Virus record (IMG/VR): IMGVR_UViG_3300036766_000988 | Location: 186,001-250,000 of that record | Strand: one strand, 5' to 3' | Length of the DNA: 64,000 nucleotides | In this document: positions 39,123 to 48,365 of the stretch, piece after piece | Layout of the letters: each line of letters begins with the position of its first letter | Numbering within the stretch: position 1 is the stretch's first letter | Position numbers and translations under genes: made by a program | Notes under the pieces: model-generated | Database searches by the model: none | What the model was told of the DNA's origin: nothing | The model's input: the letters and a program-made list of their open reading frames with translations, nothing else

Positions 39123-39752
39123 ATGAGTCTATCGGACGCGATCTCCAGTCTCAAAATCACCCTAGGGCACTGGCAGGCACCTTCGGCTTGGGATCGGGTG
39201 AAGCAGGATGAACCCCGGGATCCTGTCGAGGGTGAATTCTTACCCGCAACAGGATCCAATGCCACCCTGACGACCCTTACCATTACGACGCAAACAATCG
39301 GGTCGACGACTCTTCCCACGACCTTGTCCACGGACACGACTTCCTCCGTGACGTACATCACGGAGGCCATTGAGCGTGTCCGTTATCAGATGGATGGGTG
39401 GGCAGGAAACAACTTCGATCAGGGGACTGGGACGAGCGTTGACGGCAACCAACCCTCGGGTCCAACGACAGGTCCCACCCGAGCCCAAGGGATGCGTACC
39501 CAGTTCGATATTGCGTACGGCAGAAGTCGCACGCGAGTAGTGCCGCCCCAACAGGAGTACCCCTATGCGCGAAATGGCAAAGAACGCAAGATTCTAGCGT
39601 CCATTCGGAAGCGGCTTCCTGAGCTGATCCAGAAGTTCACGAGCATCTTCGGAGCACCTGATGGCTCTTACGAATGGAACGCTCGTTTCTTTGAGTTCGT
39701 CAATCGGGCACGAGAACGAAACGCGGCCGTTTCTCACCGTCGGGCCAGATGA
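39123..39752 (+). CDS. hypothetical protein with Thr-rich segment
   Basis: 209 aa; GGGGA RBS. Confidence 0.6.
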   Translation: MSLSDAISSLKITLGHWQAPSAWDRVKQDEPRDPVEGEFLPATGSNATLTTLTITTQTIGSTTLPTTLSTDTTSSVTYITEAIERVRYQMDGWAGNNFDQGTGTSVDGNQPSGPTTGPTRAQGMRTQFDIAYGRSRTRVVPPQQEYPYARNGKERKILASIRKRLPELIQKFTSIFGAPDGSYEWNARFFEFVNRARERNAAVSHRRAR

Positions 39753-40075
39753 CCTCTTCCTCGAACATCGAGACAGGGCGAGCCCACCAATCCGATGACG
39801 CCGAGTACTCCACGGGGATGTCCCCCCACATGGTAAACAGCCATCGGTTCTTGGGTTTCGGAGTGCTTTGCGATGAGAAGGGGGTTCCCCTGGGACTTTG
39901 AAGTTGAGCGGATCCCCCAATCGAGGGACTCGAAAGAGAGGTGTCCCACGTTGCGGAGCTGTGGGCGTGGGGCCTTGTGGTAGACCGCCATCAGCTCCCC
40001 CGTCTCCGAGTGTTTCGCGACGAGAAGAACACAATACAACGTGCCCTTGGAATGACGGTAGTTCCCGAGGATCAT
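39700..40075 (-). pseudogene. DUF1653-like gene with apparent frameshift at a G6 run
   Basis: YRHSKG..Y.V..VAKHSET.E.MAVY in one frame; WARPVSMFEEEV...PRF continues in the +1 frame after 39822-39827. Confidence 0.65.
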
Positions 40076-40302
40076 GATCGGGCGCTCTTCGTCGAATCCG
40101 GCATGAGAATGAAGCGTGGCCGAGTCTCTCCATCGGGCCAGAGGACTTCTTCCTCGAACATCGCGATGGAACACACCAGGTACTGACCGTCCCCCTTCGT
40201 ATAGACGACGACCGGTTCTTGGGTCACGGCATCCTTTGCACGAACGACTGCGATGTAAATAGTCCCCTCGAAATGCTGGTAATCCCCGCCGATTTGGATC
40301 AT
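40072..40302 (-). CDS. DUF1653-like protein
   Basis: GGDYQHFEG..Y....A....T.E..VVY...MFEEEV...PRF. Confidence 0.7.
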   Translation of the reverse strand: MIQIGGDYQHFEGTIYIAVVRAKDAVTQEPVVVYTKGDGQYLVCSIAMFEEEVLWPDGETRPRFILMPDSTKSARS

Positions 40303-41036
40303 GACTTTTTCCTCGCAACAATGAAGTAGCTGTGGTTGTGTCGAGAATGTTGTTGCTTCACCATCCTGGAGACGCCGGGCTTGTTGGTCGCGACGATGAC
40401 GAACAAATCCTCGATGATGAAGTTGTGGGCTTCGTAGAAGTTGACTAGCTCGACGTGAGTGAGACGCTGCCGATGCGCGCACACTTCGTCTTGGCACTTC
40501 ACGATGTAGATGCCCTTGGGTCGTAGGACGCGGTGCGCTTCATGAGCGGCTTCGTAATAGAGCTGCAACACAGCATCATGCCACTTTTTGGTTTCCCCCT
40601 CGGGCACTACGACATCGTTGTTTCGATAGCACTCGTCGAATCCAGGCATCGACTTGTAAACTGAACCCCCGCTGTGCATGTACGGCGGATCGAACACGAC
40701 AGCATCGAAGCTCTGATCCCTGTAGGGGAGTTTTCGGACATCCCATCTGGTGACCAAATCTTCATGCTCGGGCCGGGGGTTGAGATCCGAGAAGAAGGTC
40801 TCATATAGATCTACGGGGACGTTGCGCCAGAAGGCCCCTTTTCCGTAGGTGACGTCGGCGACCTGCGCTTTGGGGGCTACGTAGAGGTGTAGGATGCTAG
40901 GGAAAACGTCTCCGTTGTTCCCCACCTTGGCCGAGTAGATGAGGGGCTGCCCTCCGTTTAGAAGTTCCTTGGCTCCTTCAGGTCGAGTAACTATCGCGTC
41001 GAAGAAAGAAACGGGATCATCGTCGTCGGGGTTCAC
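40299..41036 (-). CDS. amino-DNA methyltransferase (N6-A/N4-C type)
   Basis: SAM-binding DVTYGKG, catalytic VVFDPPY, RVLRPKG. Confidence 0.8.
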   Translation of the reverse strand: MNPDDDDPVSFFDAIVTRPEGAKELLNGGQPLIYSAKVGNNGDVFPSILHLYVAPKAQVADVTYGKGAFWRNVPVDLYETFFSDLNPRPEHEDLVTRWDVRKLPYRDQSFDAVVFDPPYMHSGGSVYKSMPGFDECYRNNDVVVPEGETKKWHDAVLQLYYEAAHEAHRVLRPKGIYIVKCQDEVCAHRQRLTHVELVNFYEAHNFIIEDLFVIVATNKPGVSRMVKQQHSRHNHSYFIVARKKS

Positions 41037-41113
41037 GGGCCCTCATACACCGCTGCTCGAACGCAGTGGAGCGCGAGACGTACGAAATTCTCTTCGGTGG
41101 TGTAGGACAGGGC

Positions 41114-42127
41114 ATGCCCGACAGCCAAGAGGACGACGGTGATGCTCTCGCATGGCTCGAAGAGAACGTCGCAGATTTTCGAACTAGGCCCGAACCCGTC
41201 CCGAATTTGGAAGCCGTCGAAACGGACAACCCGTTGGAAACGTTCTTCCCGCCCCCTCCCGTCGTTCTAGCGCCTGTTCTACCATCGCTTGCGGCCTTCA
41301 TCGAGCCGTGCTCTCTCGGGAACGTTGTAGGAGAGGCCGTACGAGCCGTTCTTCAGATGGTTCCTACGCTGTCATTCGAAAACGCTTGGGTCCTTCTCTG
41401 GCGGCTTCTACTACAGATCGAGCCTCGAACCGGCTTACCGGCCATCATCGACGGCAATGATATGCAGCAGGGGAAGCCCTACTACGAGAGGGCTCGTAGA
41501 GTTCAAGCGTTTTTTGCACAGGTGCTGGCCGTGTCCATCGAGGAGCTTCCAAACAGGATCAGTCTCCTTGTCCGAGCTGGGGTGGACGACGGAGATGAGG
41601 CCGAGCGCCTCCAGAACAACAGGAACACGACCGGCACAGGTTTCGAGGTAGTGTTGCGATGTCTTCTCGAAACTCTCAGCGGGATCCCCTCGAATCGGAT
41701 CCTTGCCAACCGTTTTCTGAACACGGTCCCTTGTTTCAGGCCATCCGAGACTTTGGATCGAAAACCCGACCTACTCGTTGTCGACCGAGATGGGAACGTG
41801 ACCCTGATGCTCACCGTGAAGTGGAGTCTTCGAGGAGACAGGAAGGATGGTCTTGTAGAAGATGCTCGCTCGTGTCGGCAAAGGATCACGACTCCGAACT
41901 TGCGGTGCGGGGTAGTCACCAACGATTTCAATCCAGGACGATTGCGTAAGTTGCTCGTAGCCCATCCCGATAGGGATCCCGAGCACCCCATCTTCGATGT
42001 CATTTATCACGTGGCGCCACACCTTCTGGCAGTTGCCCATGACATGCCCCGTGTCTTGGGGGACTTCGTGGATGAGGGGCGTCTGCGGAGCGTCGCCGAC
42101 CTTTTCAGGGAGTCGAGAGTGTTGTAG
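41114..42127 (+). CDS. PD-(D/E)XK restriction endonuclease-like protein (BsaWI/Cfr10I-like motif)
   Basis: GTGFE, KPDLLV, VKWSLRGDR, D.IYHV; GGTGTAG 8 nt before ATG 41114. Confidence 0.65.
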   Translation: MPDSQEDDGDALAWLEENVADFRTRPEPVPNLEAVETDNPLETFFPPPPVVLAPVLPSLAAFIEPCSLGNVVGEAVRAVLQMVPTLSFENAWVLLWRLLLQIEPRTGLPAIIDGNDMQQGKPYYERARRVQAFFAQVLAVSIEELPNRISLLVRAGVDDGDEAERLQNNRNTTGTGFEVVLRCLLETLSGIPSNRILANRFLNTVPCFRPSETLDRKPDLLVVDRDGNVTLMLTVKWSLRGDRKDGLVEDARSCRQRITTPNLRCGVVTNDFNPGRLRKLLVAHPDRDPEHPIFDVIYHVAPHLLAVAHDMPRVLGDFVDEGRLRSVADLFRESRVL

Positions 42128-42138
42128 CTCGGGCCCCG

Positions 42139-42426
42139 TCAGTGGTCCCCGGCGGGGCCCGCACGGTACCCAGAGGCGGTCACCCGAAGGAGGCCTGAAC
42201 CCTCCCATGTGAACTCCGGCACGATGGCGGTGAAGAAGATGACAGCTTCGCGGATCACCCGCGTGGCACCGGACGTGGCAGCGGCTGTACCAGGGTTCTC
42301 GATCCCGAGCGCCTTGGCTGCCGCCCTGGGGTCGAGGATGCGATCGATGGGTTCCCGCCAGTCTTTGGGGTTGCAGACCAGGTCGAAGGCCTTCTGGTAG
42401 GCAGCGCGGTCGGTTTCGTAGCTCAT
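42139..42426 (-). CDS. hypothetical protein
   Basis: ATG 7 nt after GGCGTAG. Confidence 0.65.
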   Translation of the reverse strand: MSYETDRAAYQKAFDLVCNPKDWREPIDRILDPRAAAKALGIENPGTAAATSGATRVIREAVIFFTAIVPEFTWEGSGLLRVTASGYRAGPAGDH

Positions 42427-42433
42427 GGGCCTG

Positions 42434-42499
42434 CTACGCCCGTCAAGGGACAAATTCAGCCGAAATTTAGATGCTGAACGTCCGGTTTCCAGGGCGTAG
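42434..42499. promoter_or_regulatory. back-to-back promoter-like motifs: CTGAAT-N13-GGCGTAG (-) and CTGAAC-N13-GGCGTAG (+)
   Basis: 42434-42459 on minus and 42474-42499 on plus, each 7 nt from an ATG. Confidence 0.72.
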
Positions 42500-42506
42500 T
42501 ACGGGC

Positions 42507-42818
42507 ATGGCGACCTCATCCCGAGTCCAGGTTCCCTGCCCCCGCTGCGGTGGTCATGGCGTTCGTCAGAGCTGGCGTCCCGACGCAGGCATCTGTTACC
42601 GCTGTCGCGGCAACAGGGTCGTGACCATCAACGTGGCCCGTCATCAGGCGGCCCTCTGGTTCCTCCGTGCGAAGTACGTCCGCCTTCTGCATGAGGTGCG
42701 GGCGGCAGAGGCGGCGGATCGGGATCCTTCCCTCGCGGCAGAGGCTCTCCAGTACTGCGTTCAGGATGGGCTTCGTGTTCGTGCAGATCTCGAAGCCGCA
42801 GGTGTAGAGGTAAAGTGA
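42507..42818 (+). CDS. DnaJ-type zinc-finger protein
   Basis: CPRCGGHG...CYRCRG. Confidence 0.65.
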   Translation: MATSSRVQVPCPRCGGHGVRQSWRPDAGICYRCRGNRVVTINVARHQAALWFLRAKYVRLLHEVRAAEAADRDPSLAAEALQYCVQDGLRVRADLEAAGVEVK

Positions 42819-43027
42819 TGGGACGCGAGGCGGACAAGGAAGAAGCCCCCTTCGAGACCCTCGTCACGTTGCTGGGGTTGGAGGCTCAGTGTCCTGCCTG
42901 CAAGCGTCCGCCCGATGCGGTGAACCACGTCCCAGGGCACGTGTTCGTTGGTTGGGGGTGTGGGTGGCAACCTTGCCCCCGATGCGGCGGAACCGAGCGC
43001 ATCCCCCGAAAGTCTTCTGATACCTGA
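42815..43027 (+). CDS. small zinc-finger protein
   Basis: CPAC...CPRCGG. Confidence 0.55.
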   Translation: MMGREADKEEAPFETLVTLLGLEAQCPACKRPPDAVNHVPGHVFVGWGCGWQPCPRCGGTERIPRKSSDT

Positions 43028-43041
43028 GAAAAGAGTCCACC

Positions 43042-43314
43042 ATGGAACGCGAAGTTCACACCGTCAGGGGCTACACCGGGGAGTACGAGGACGCACGCGA
43101 CTGGCCGGTTCGTGCCTTCCTGAAGAAGGACCAGGCCGACACGTTGGCGGGCCAGTTGAACGACTGGTGCAAGCAGCACAAGCTGCACACCGACGACGCG
43201 CCCGTTCAATTTGAGGCGCAAGACAGTGCGGGTAAGCCCGCGCTCGACCCCAACTTTCACACGTGCGGGCGCACCGGGGTTCGGTACTTCGTCGAGACGG
43301 TTCCGCTCGGCTGA
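43042..43314 (+). CDS. hypothetical protein
   Basis: 90-aa ORF. Confidence 0.6.
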   Translation: MEREVHTVRGYTGEYEDARDWPVRAFLKKDQADTLAGQLNDWCKQHKLHTDDAPVQFEAQDSAGKPALDPNFHTCGRTGVRYFVETVPLG

Positions 43315-43332
43315 ACGAAAGGGTGGAGATCG

Positions 43333-43587
43333 ATGAGTGTCCTGGCTTGTGGGCGAAAGCAGTGCTCCAACATCATGTGCGAGCGGTTGATCCTTGAGGG
43401 TCAGGCGTACATCTGCCCCCCATGTTGGGAAGAGCTGTTGACGTACAAGGCAACTTGGCCCGAGACGATGTCGGCGGCCGAGGTGCGTGAACGCATCGAA
43501 GACTTCATGCACAAGAGCCCTCCAGGCACGTTCTTGCTTGTGGAGAAGGCGGACATTGACGCTGAATTTGAGCGTCTGACAGGTTAG
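43333..43587 (+). CDS. hypothetical Cys-rich protein
   Basis: GGAG RBS; YICPPC. Confidence 0.65.
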   Translation: MSVLACGRKQCSNIMCERLILEGQAYICPPCWEELLTYKATWPETMSAAEVRERIEDFMHKSPPGTFLLVEKADIDAEFERLTG

Positions 43588-43616
43588 CTGAACGAGACCC
43601 TCACCCCGAGGTTCCC

Positions 43617-43793
43617 ATGTCCTGGCCCATCTCCCGTAGCGAGCGCACGCTCATCAAGGCGTTGCTCAAGGTCGCCCGTACCGCGTTGGTCGAGGTTCAC
43701 GTGCTGGTAAAGTCCCGTACGGCCGAGAGAGACCCTGCTCAACAGGACAGCTTGGAGGAAGCGATCCGCTTGATCGATGAGCTGGTGCCGTAA
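43617..43793 (+). CDS. small hypothetical protein (58 aa, below track cut-off)
   Basis: GAGG RBS, MSWPISRSERTLIKALLK..., fills the gap. Confidence 0.55.
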   Translation: MSWPISRSERTLIKALLKVARTALVEVHVLVKSRTAERDPAQQDSLEEAIRLIDELVP

Positions 43794-43798
43794 CCTGA

Positions 43799-43824
43799 CT
43801 GAACCAGGCCTTCGGTTGACGTAG
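43799..43824 (+). promoter_or_regulatory. CTGAAC-N13-GACGTAG promoter-like motif
   Basis: Intergenic variant with identical spacing. Confidence 0.6.
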
Positions 43825-43842
43825 TGCTTGCCAAGGAACCAT

Positions 43843-44025
43843 ATGGTCAAGAAAGAGAAGATGATCCGGTTGGTGCTGACGCAGAAGCAAGCGGAGCGCC
43901 TGGGCATCGTCCGCTGTGAGTGCGGGCATCCGCCCAACAACCACTTCGATCATGACAAACGCCCGTGCGCGCACTGCAAATGCAAGGAATACCGGCAGGT
44001 CATCAAGCTCCCACCGAAGGACTAG
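43843..44025 (+). CDS. small Cys/His protein
   Basis: AAGGA RBS; CECGH...H...CAHCKC. Confidence 0.6.
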   Translation: MVKKEKMIRLVLTQKQAERLGIVRCECGHPPNNHFDHDKRPCAHCKCKEYRQVIKLPPKD

Positions 44026-44027
44026 CC

Positions 44028-44189
44028 ATGCGGGTCGGAACGAAAGCTCAAGGTCAGAACCAGAACGCGAAGCTCGTGTCGATCCGACACGGCCACGCCC
44101 CCCGACGTTCCTGCAACGCACAGGAGAAGGCGGCCGAGACGAAGGTGCGTCAGGCAGCCCGCAAGGCATGCCGGGAAGAGGATTGCTGA
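44028..44189 (+). CDS. small basic protein, paralog A
   Basis: MRVGTKAQG...KVRQAARKAC. Confidence 0.6.
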   Translation: MRVGTKAQGQNQNAKLVSIRHGHAPRRSCNAQEKAAETKVRQAARKACREEDC

Positions 44190-44347
44190 TGCAAGTCGGA
44201 CTTCGAGTTCAGGGGCCCAAGGTGCGGCACAAGATCGCCGTTCCTCGTCATCGGGTGCTCTCGCGACGATCTGCCGATGCTCTCGAACGGGCATTGGAAC
44301 GGAAGGTTCGTCGTGCAGCCCGCAAGGCGTGTCAGGAGCACGAGTGA
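44189..44347 (+). CDS. small basic protein, paralog B
   Basis: MQVGLRVQG...KVRRAARKAC. Confidence 0.6.
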   Translation: MQVGLRVQGPKVRHKIAVPRHRVLSRRSADALERALERKVRRAARKACQEHE

Positions 44348-44544
44348 TGGATCCCGAGGTCGCCAGAATCATCAACGCTTGCGGAGGGTGGCTCAAGTTC
44401 GAAGCCATCGTGCTCGAACATCGGAAGCATGGGATGGACAACGATTTCGCCGCCCGGCAGATCGTCGATGATCTCTACCGGCAAGGCCACGACTTCCAGT
44501 TCCAGCAACATCTCGTCGAAGGGATGGCTGGAAAGGTTCTGTGA
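44347..44544 (+). CDS. hypothetical protein
   Basis: TGATG overlap, AGGAG RBS. Confidence 0.6.
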   Translation: MDPEVARIINACGGWLKFEAIVLEHRKHGMDNDFAARQIVDDLYRQGHDFQFQQHLVEGMAGKVL

Positions 44545-44556
44545 TGGACTAGGCTG

Positions 44557-44582
44557 TTGAACCGTTGAGGTTCCCGGCGTAG
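44557..44582 (+). promoter_or_regulatory. TTGAAC-N13-GGCGTAG promoter-like motif
   Basis: Intergenic, exact spacing. Confidence 0.7.
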
Positions 44583-44604
44583 CACTTCAAGAGGACATCA
44601 TCCC

Positions 44605-44814
44605 GTGAACACCATCGTACAGAGTGATCGTGATGGACGACTGTTCGTCGAGGTGGACGACATCCGCTACACGGCCGATGATCTTCCGCCCGAGGGTACG
44701 GACGTCGAGGTCGAGCCCTATACGGGCATCAACGATTGTCGTTACGCCGACGTCACGTGGAGCGCCGAGACCCCGTCCGGCTACTGTGACACGACGGCCG
44801 AAGAGATCTGGTGA
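44605..44814 (+). CDS. hypothetical protein
   Basis: GAGGA RBS. Confidence 0.55.
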   Translation: MNTIVQSDRDGRLFVEVDDIRYTADDLPPEGTDVEVEPYTGINDCRYADVTWSAETPSGYCDTTAEEIW

Positions 44815-44818
44815 CCCA

Positions 44819-45052
44819 ATGGCAACTGAGCATCAATGGCACCCTGAGTCGCACCCTGACATCCCTTTCGGGCTGAACGGGGAGAAGCTCGTTGGCTGGG
44901 AGTGTCCGGCATGCACCCTCTTCGTCATGACCCAAGAGGGGACTACTCCGACGGACGCCCCTAGGATCTACGTTTCCTGTGGGTCCTTTGGCCCTACCCT
45001 CTGGCACCGTTGGCCCTGCACCCCAGACAACAAGTACCAGATCAGGGATTGA
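44819..45052 (+). CDS. hypothetical protein
   Basis: 77 aa, CPAC. Confidence 0.5.
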   Translation: MATEHQWHPESHPDIPFGLNGEKLVGWECPACTLFVMTQEGTTPTDAPRIYVSCGSFGPTLWHRWPCTPDNKYQIRD

Positions 45053-45054
45053 AC

Positions 45055-45795
45055 ATGAACACGGTATTCAGAGCTGGCCGCTGGGTGATCGGTAAGGTGT
45101 GGGAGAAGATCAACCTCCCGGCCATCTACCGCGAGCTGCGAGGCCTTGGACGCAAACACGGGAAGCGTTTCTTCTGGGCCGCGCTCATTTGGGAGCTGAT
45201 CGAGGACGTGCTGTTTCCGTATCTTTCGTGGCTCGCCGGGATGCCAGAGCTGATCCCTCTCTTCCTCGTGTTGCACTTCGAGCCGATCGTCTACCCGGTC
45301 TTTTTCTGGGCTTTCCGTACGTATGACCGCGCCAAAGGCCGCGAGCCGTGGGAGCCTGATCGCTCCGCGCAGTCGAGCCACTGGCGTTCCGTCGCCAAAG
45401 TCGGGGTCTACAAGATCGCTACGCTCGGATGGTTCGTCGCCATCTTCCTCGTCTGGCACGCTACGCCGAAGATGCTCGTGCTCTACGCCATCCTGATGGC
45501 GCTCTTCGGATTCATTCACGAACGGATCTGGCACGACTCCAACTACGGGATCCTTCCGAACGATCAAGTCGAAGGCCGTCGGATCTTCATGAAGGCCATG
45601 ACCTACCGCATCGTGTCGACGATGATCTTCTATCCCTTCCTTCGCGTCTCCCTCGGGGTTGTGCCCTGGAAGCTCCTGGGGCTCTGTCAGGGGGTTGGGT
45701 TGGTTCTCTACCTCGTGCTCGAATCCGTGTGGGCTCGTTCGATGTGGGGATGCTCTCCCGTACCGCAGCTCAAGGTCAAGGAAGTGCCATGCTGA
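45055..45795 (+). CDS. membrane protein with two DUF2061-like repeats
   Basis: RSVAKVGVYKI...FIHERIW and KAMTYRIVS...LVLESVW; several TM helices. Confidence 0.65.
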   Translation: MNTVFRAGRWVIGKVWEKINLPAIYRELRGLGRKHGKRFFWAALIWELIEDVLFPYLSWLAGMPELIPLFLVLHFEPIVYPVFFWAFRTYDRAKGREPWEPDRSAQSSHWRSVAKVGVYKIATLGWFVAIFLVWHATPKMLVLYAILMALFGFIHERIWHDSNYGILPNDQVEGRRIFMKAMTYRIVSTMIFYPFLRVSLGVVPWKLLGLCQGVGLVLYLVLESVWARSMWGCSPVPQLKVKEVPC

Positions 45796-45974
45796 CCGAT
45801 GCAATGAAGCGTGAGATCGTGCAGTACACCCTCACCTACTCGAAAGGTCTCGTCGAGGACGACCAGGCGTGCCCCGAGGTGGTCAAGGCGTTCTATGCGG
45901 ATGCCGTGACGAGTGGAGAGCTGGAAGAGTACGTCGAGAAGTGCAAGGAAACGCTCCTCAAGAATCTCCCGTGA
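45789..45974 (+). CDS. small hypothetical protein
   Basis: AAGGA RBS, overlaps both neighbours. Confidence 0.55.
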   Translation: MLTDAMKREIVQYTLTYSKGLVEDDQACPEVVKAFYADAVTSGELEEYVEKCKETLLKNLP

Positions 45975-47011
45975 TCCCCATGAAGATCTCTCTCGATACG
46001 ATTGGTTTCCACACGCTCAGGGACGAGCGAGCGCGAACGTGTAGCACGACATCTCCGATGTCCTTGGCGTGCTTCATCATCACGGGCCGCTGCAATTTTT
46101 CGTGTCCGTATTGTAACGGTCCCGCGTGTAATCGGGACTTCACGGTTGAGCAGGTGCGCGGTCTGTTGACGGATCTGCGAGGCCACCAGCTCCAAGCAGT
46201 CCGCTTTACGGGTGGGGAACCCACGCTTCACAAGGGCCTGCCCGAGATGGTTCGAATCGCCCGAGATCTGGGGATTTCGAAGATCGCCATCTCGACGAAC
46301 GGAGCAGCACGTCCCGAGCTGTACCGAGAGCTGGTTGCTGAAGGGGTCGACAACTTCTCAATCTCGGCCGACTGCCGAGATTTGGAACTGGCTGCCAAAC
46401 TCTCAGGTCGACCGGGGACGTGGAATCGTGTGAAGGAGAACATCAGGATGCTCTCCGGTCTCTGCTACGTGAACACCGGAACGACCATCACGGCCGAGAA
46501 CCTTGACCAGATTCCCGACACGCTCCAATTCCTCGGAGACCTTGGAGTGGCGGATATCAAGCTGTCGACGGCAACCCAGTTCCAGGGAGCGATCCCGCTG
46601 ACGTTGCTCGACAAGATCCCGCAGGCGTTGTTCGACCGCATGCCGATCCTGCGGTACCGCATCGAGCATTACCGGCAGGGACGACCTGTTCGAGGACTTG
46701 TCGAAGGCCGAGACAGCCATCATTGCTGGTGGGTACAGGACGACATCGTGTTGACCCCCGACGGCCACTATCCGTGCATCGTCTATCCCCGCGAGAAGGG
46801 ACGTCCGATCGGACCGCTCAAGACCGTCGCCGAGATGCGAGCGGCCAGGCTCACGTGGGCTCTCAGCCGAGACACCTTCGAGGATCCGATCTGCTCTCCC
46901 TATTGCATGGACATCTTCGCCGAGTGCAACAAGCGGATCGAAGATCTCCAGGGTCTCATCCCCGTCCAAGCTCTCCGCCGCAACAAAGCACGAAGTTTGA
47001 GTATCCTGTGA
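45971..47011 (+). CDS. radical SAM enzyme (MoaA-like core, Cys-rich C-terminus)
   Basis: CNFSCPYC, FTGGEP, STNG. Confidence 0.88.
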   Translation: MIPMKISLDTIGFHTLRDERARTCSTTSPMSLACFIITGRCNFSCPYCNGPACNRDFTVEQVRGLLTDLRGHQLQAVRFTGGEPTLHKGLPEMVRIARDLGISKIAISTNGAARPELYRELVAEGVDNFSISADCRDLELAAKLSGRPGTWNRVKENIRMLSGLCYVNTGTTITAENLDQIPDTLQFLGDLGVADIKLSTATQFQGAIPLTLLDKIPQALFDRMPILRYRIEHYRQGRPVRGLVEGRDSHHCWWVQDDIVLTPDGHYPCIVYPREKGRPIGPLKTVAEMRAARLTWALSRDTFEDPICSPYCMDIFAECNKRIEDLQGLIPVQALRRNKARSLSIL

Positions 47012-47487
47012 GGATTGTGTTCCTAGACTTCGATGGGGTGCTCAACTCGCATGCTTTCGTGGCGAGAAGACCGATCGAAGAGCATGGAAAACACATAGGT
47101 CTCGATCCCCTAGCAATCGAACGCCTAAACCGACTGCTGCGTGAAGCCTCGGCAGAAGTTGTCGTGTCCAGTACGTGGCGACACCGCCGCGATTGCGCGC
47201 AGCTTCAGACTGTTCTCACGGAGAAGGGTTTTGTTGGGAAGGTGTTGGGGAAGACTCCCCGGTATCTCAAGAACCGTGGTGAAGAGATCCAGGCTTGGTT
47301 GTATGACGCTCCCAATTACGGCATCGAGGTGGAGTCGTTTGTCATCCTCGACGACGACTCGGATATGGCGCACCTCATGGACCGGCTGATTAAGACGACG
47401 TTCGACGATGGGTTGCTCGACGAGCACGTGGATCGCGCTGTCACGATGCTCTGTGAGCCGCAACCGCTTCTGGTACTGCCGCAGTAG
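47008..47487 (+). CDS. HAD phosphatase (Swiss-Army-Knife RNA-repair-like type)
   Basis: FLDFDGVLN, VVSSTWR, RG.EI..WL, FVILDD. Confidence 0.85.
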   Translation: MRIVFLDFDGVLNSHAFVARRPIEEHGKHIGLDPLAIERLNRLLREASAEVVVSSTWRHRRDCAQLQTVLTEKGFVGKVLGKTPRYLKNRGEEIQAWLYDAPNYGIEVESFVILDDDSDMAHLMDRLIKTTFDDGLLDEHVDRAVTMLCEPQPLLVLPQ

Positions 47488-47614
47488 AACTGCTCTGTTT
47501 GACGGAGATCACCTAAACGAGCCTGTTCCCACAGTCTTCCCACAGGGTCTAGAGTGATAAACCGCTTATGGCCCGCGTGCCTACGGACCTACTTTTCTCG
47601 GTGTAATCCGTGGG

Positions 47615-47914
47615 ATGGCGAAGCCTGTGCAGTCCGACCTTCAGGTAACCCGAGCACTGCTCTCGATGGATGTGGGGAAGCTATCCCCAAGTGAAAAGCG
47701 CGCCTTCCAAGGGATGTACGACAACCTCATGGCAGGACAGATCATACGTCTCTCGATGCGGCAGCGAGCGTGGGCCGACGAGGTCTATGACAAGCACAAT
47801 CTCGACAAGGAGCGCCCGGCGGCGAAGAAGATCGCCATTCAGGACAAGTCGCTTCTACCCACGCACCCTCTCGATCAGCTACAGAGGCCGCTCAAGCCAC
47901 CGGGGAGACGGTGA
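47615..47914 (+). CDS. hypothetical protein
   Basis: GGTGTAA 8 nt upstream. Confidence 0.65.
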   Translation: MAKPVQSDLQVTRALLSMDVGKLSPSEKRAFQGMYDNLMAGQIIRLSMRQRAWADEVYDKHNLDKERPAAKKIAIQDKSLLPTHPLDQLQRPLKPPGRR

Positions 47915-48123
47915 TGGCAATGAGCGGCGTCCTCGATGAGCGCCTAGGCACTCGGGTTCCTTCAACGCTCAAGACGAGTGAGCTGATTCGACAGCTTTGC
48001 TCGTTGCAGGATCTCCTGAGAGTGGAGTGGAATCACGAGAACAGGAAGAAGCTACAGACGAGGATCCTGGCTCTGTCTGCCGAGATCGACGTGCGTCTTC
48101 CGGGGCCTCCACCGAGTTATTGA
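47911..48123 (+). CDS. hypothetical protein
   Basis: GTGA overlap. Confidence 0.55.
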   Translation: MMAMSGVLDERLGTRVPSTLKTSELIRQLCSLQDLLRVEWNHENRKKLQTRILALSAEIDVRLPGPPPSY

Positions 48124-48152
48124 ACATAGGGCGCTTGGTGTAAACTCAGAGC

Positions 48153-48365
48153 ATGCCCGAATTCAAAACCTACCTACCCAATCCCAGAACTATTGAGGCG
48201 GCCTACTTCGAGAAAGCGGGCAAGTACGACCTCGAAGGGTATCCCATTGAGATCGATACGGACGATACTTACGTCATCAGGACAGAGGATGGGTATGCAA
48301 CCAGGACTGGGGAGTTCTTCCGGAACGACTGGGTTCCAGGTCCGGGTGGGCCCCTACTTCGATGA
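48153..48365 (+). CDS. hypothetical protein
   Basis: GGTGTAA 9 nt upstream. Confidence 0.6.
   Translation: MPEFKTYLPNPRTIEAAYFEKAGKYDLEGYPIEIDTDDTYVIRTEDGYATRTGEFFRNDWVPGPGGPLLR

Noticed and set aside
47526-47545. TTCCCACAG direct repeat as DnaA boxes or origin
   Set aside because: Only two copies, poor match to TTATCCACA, and no AT-rich unwinding region
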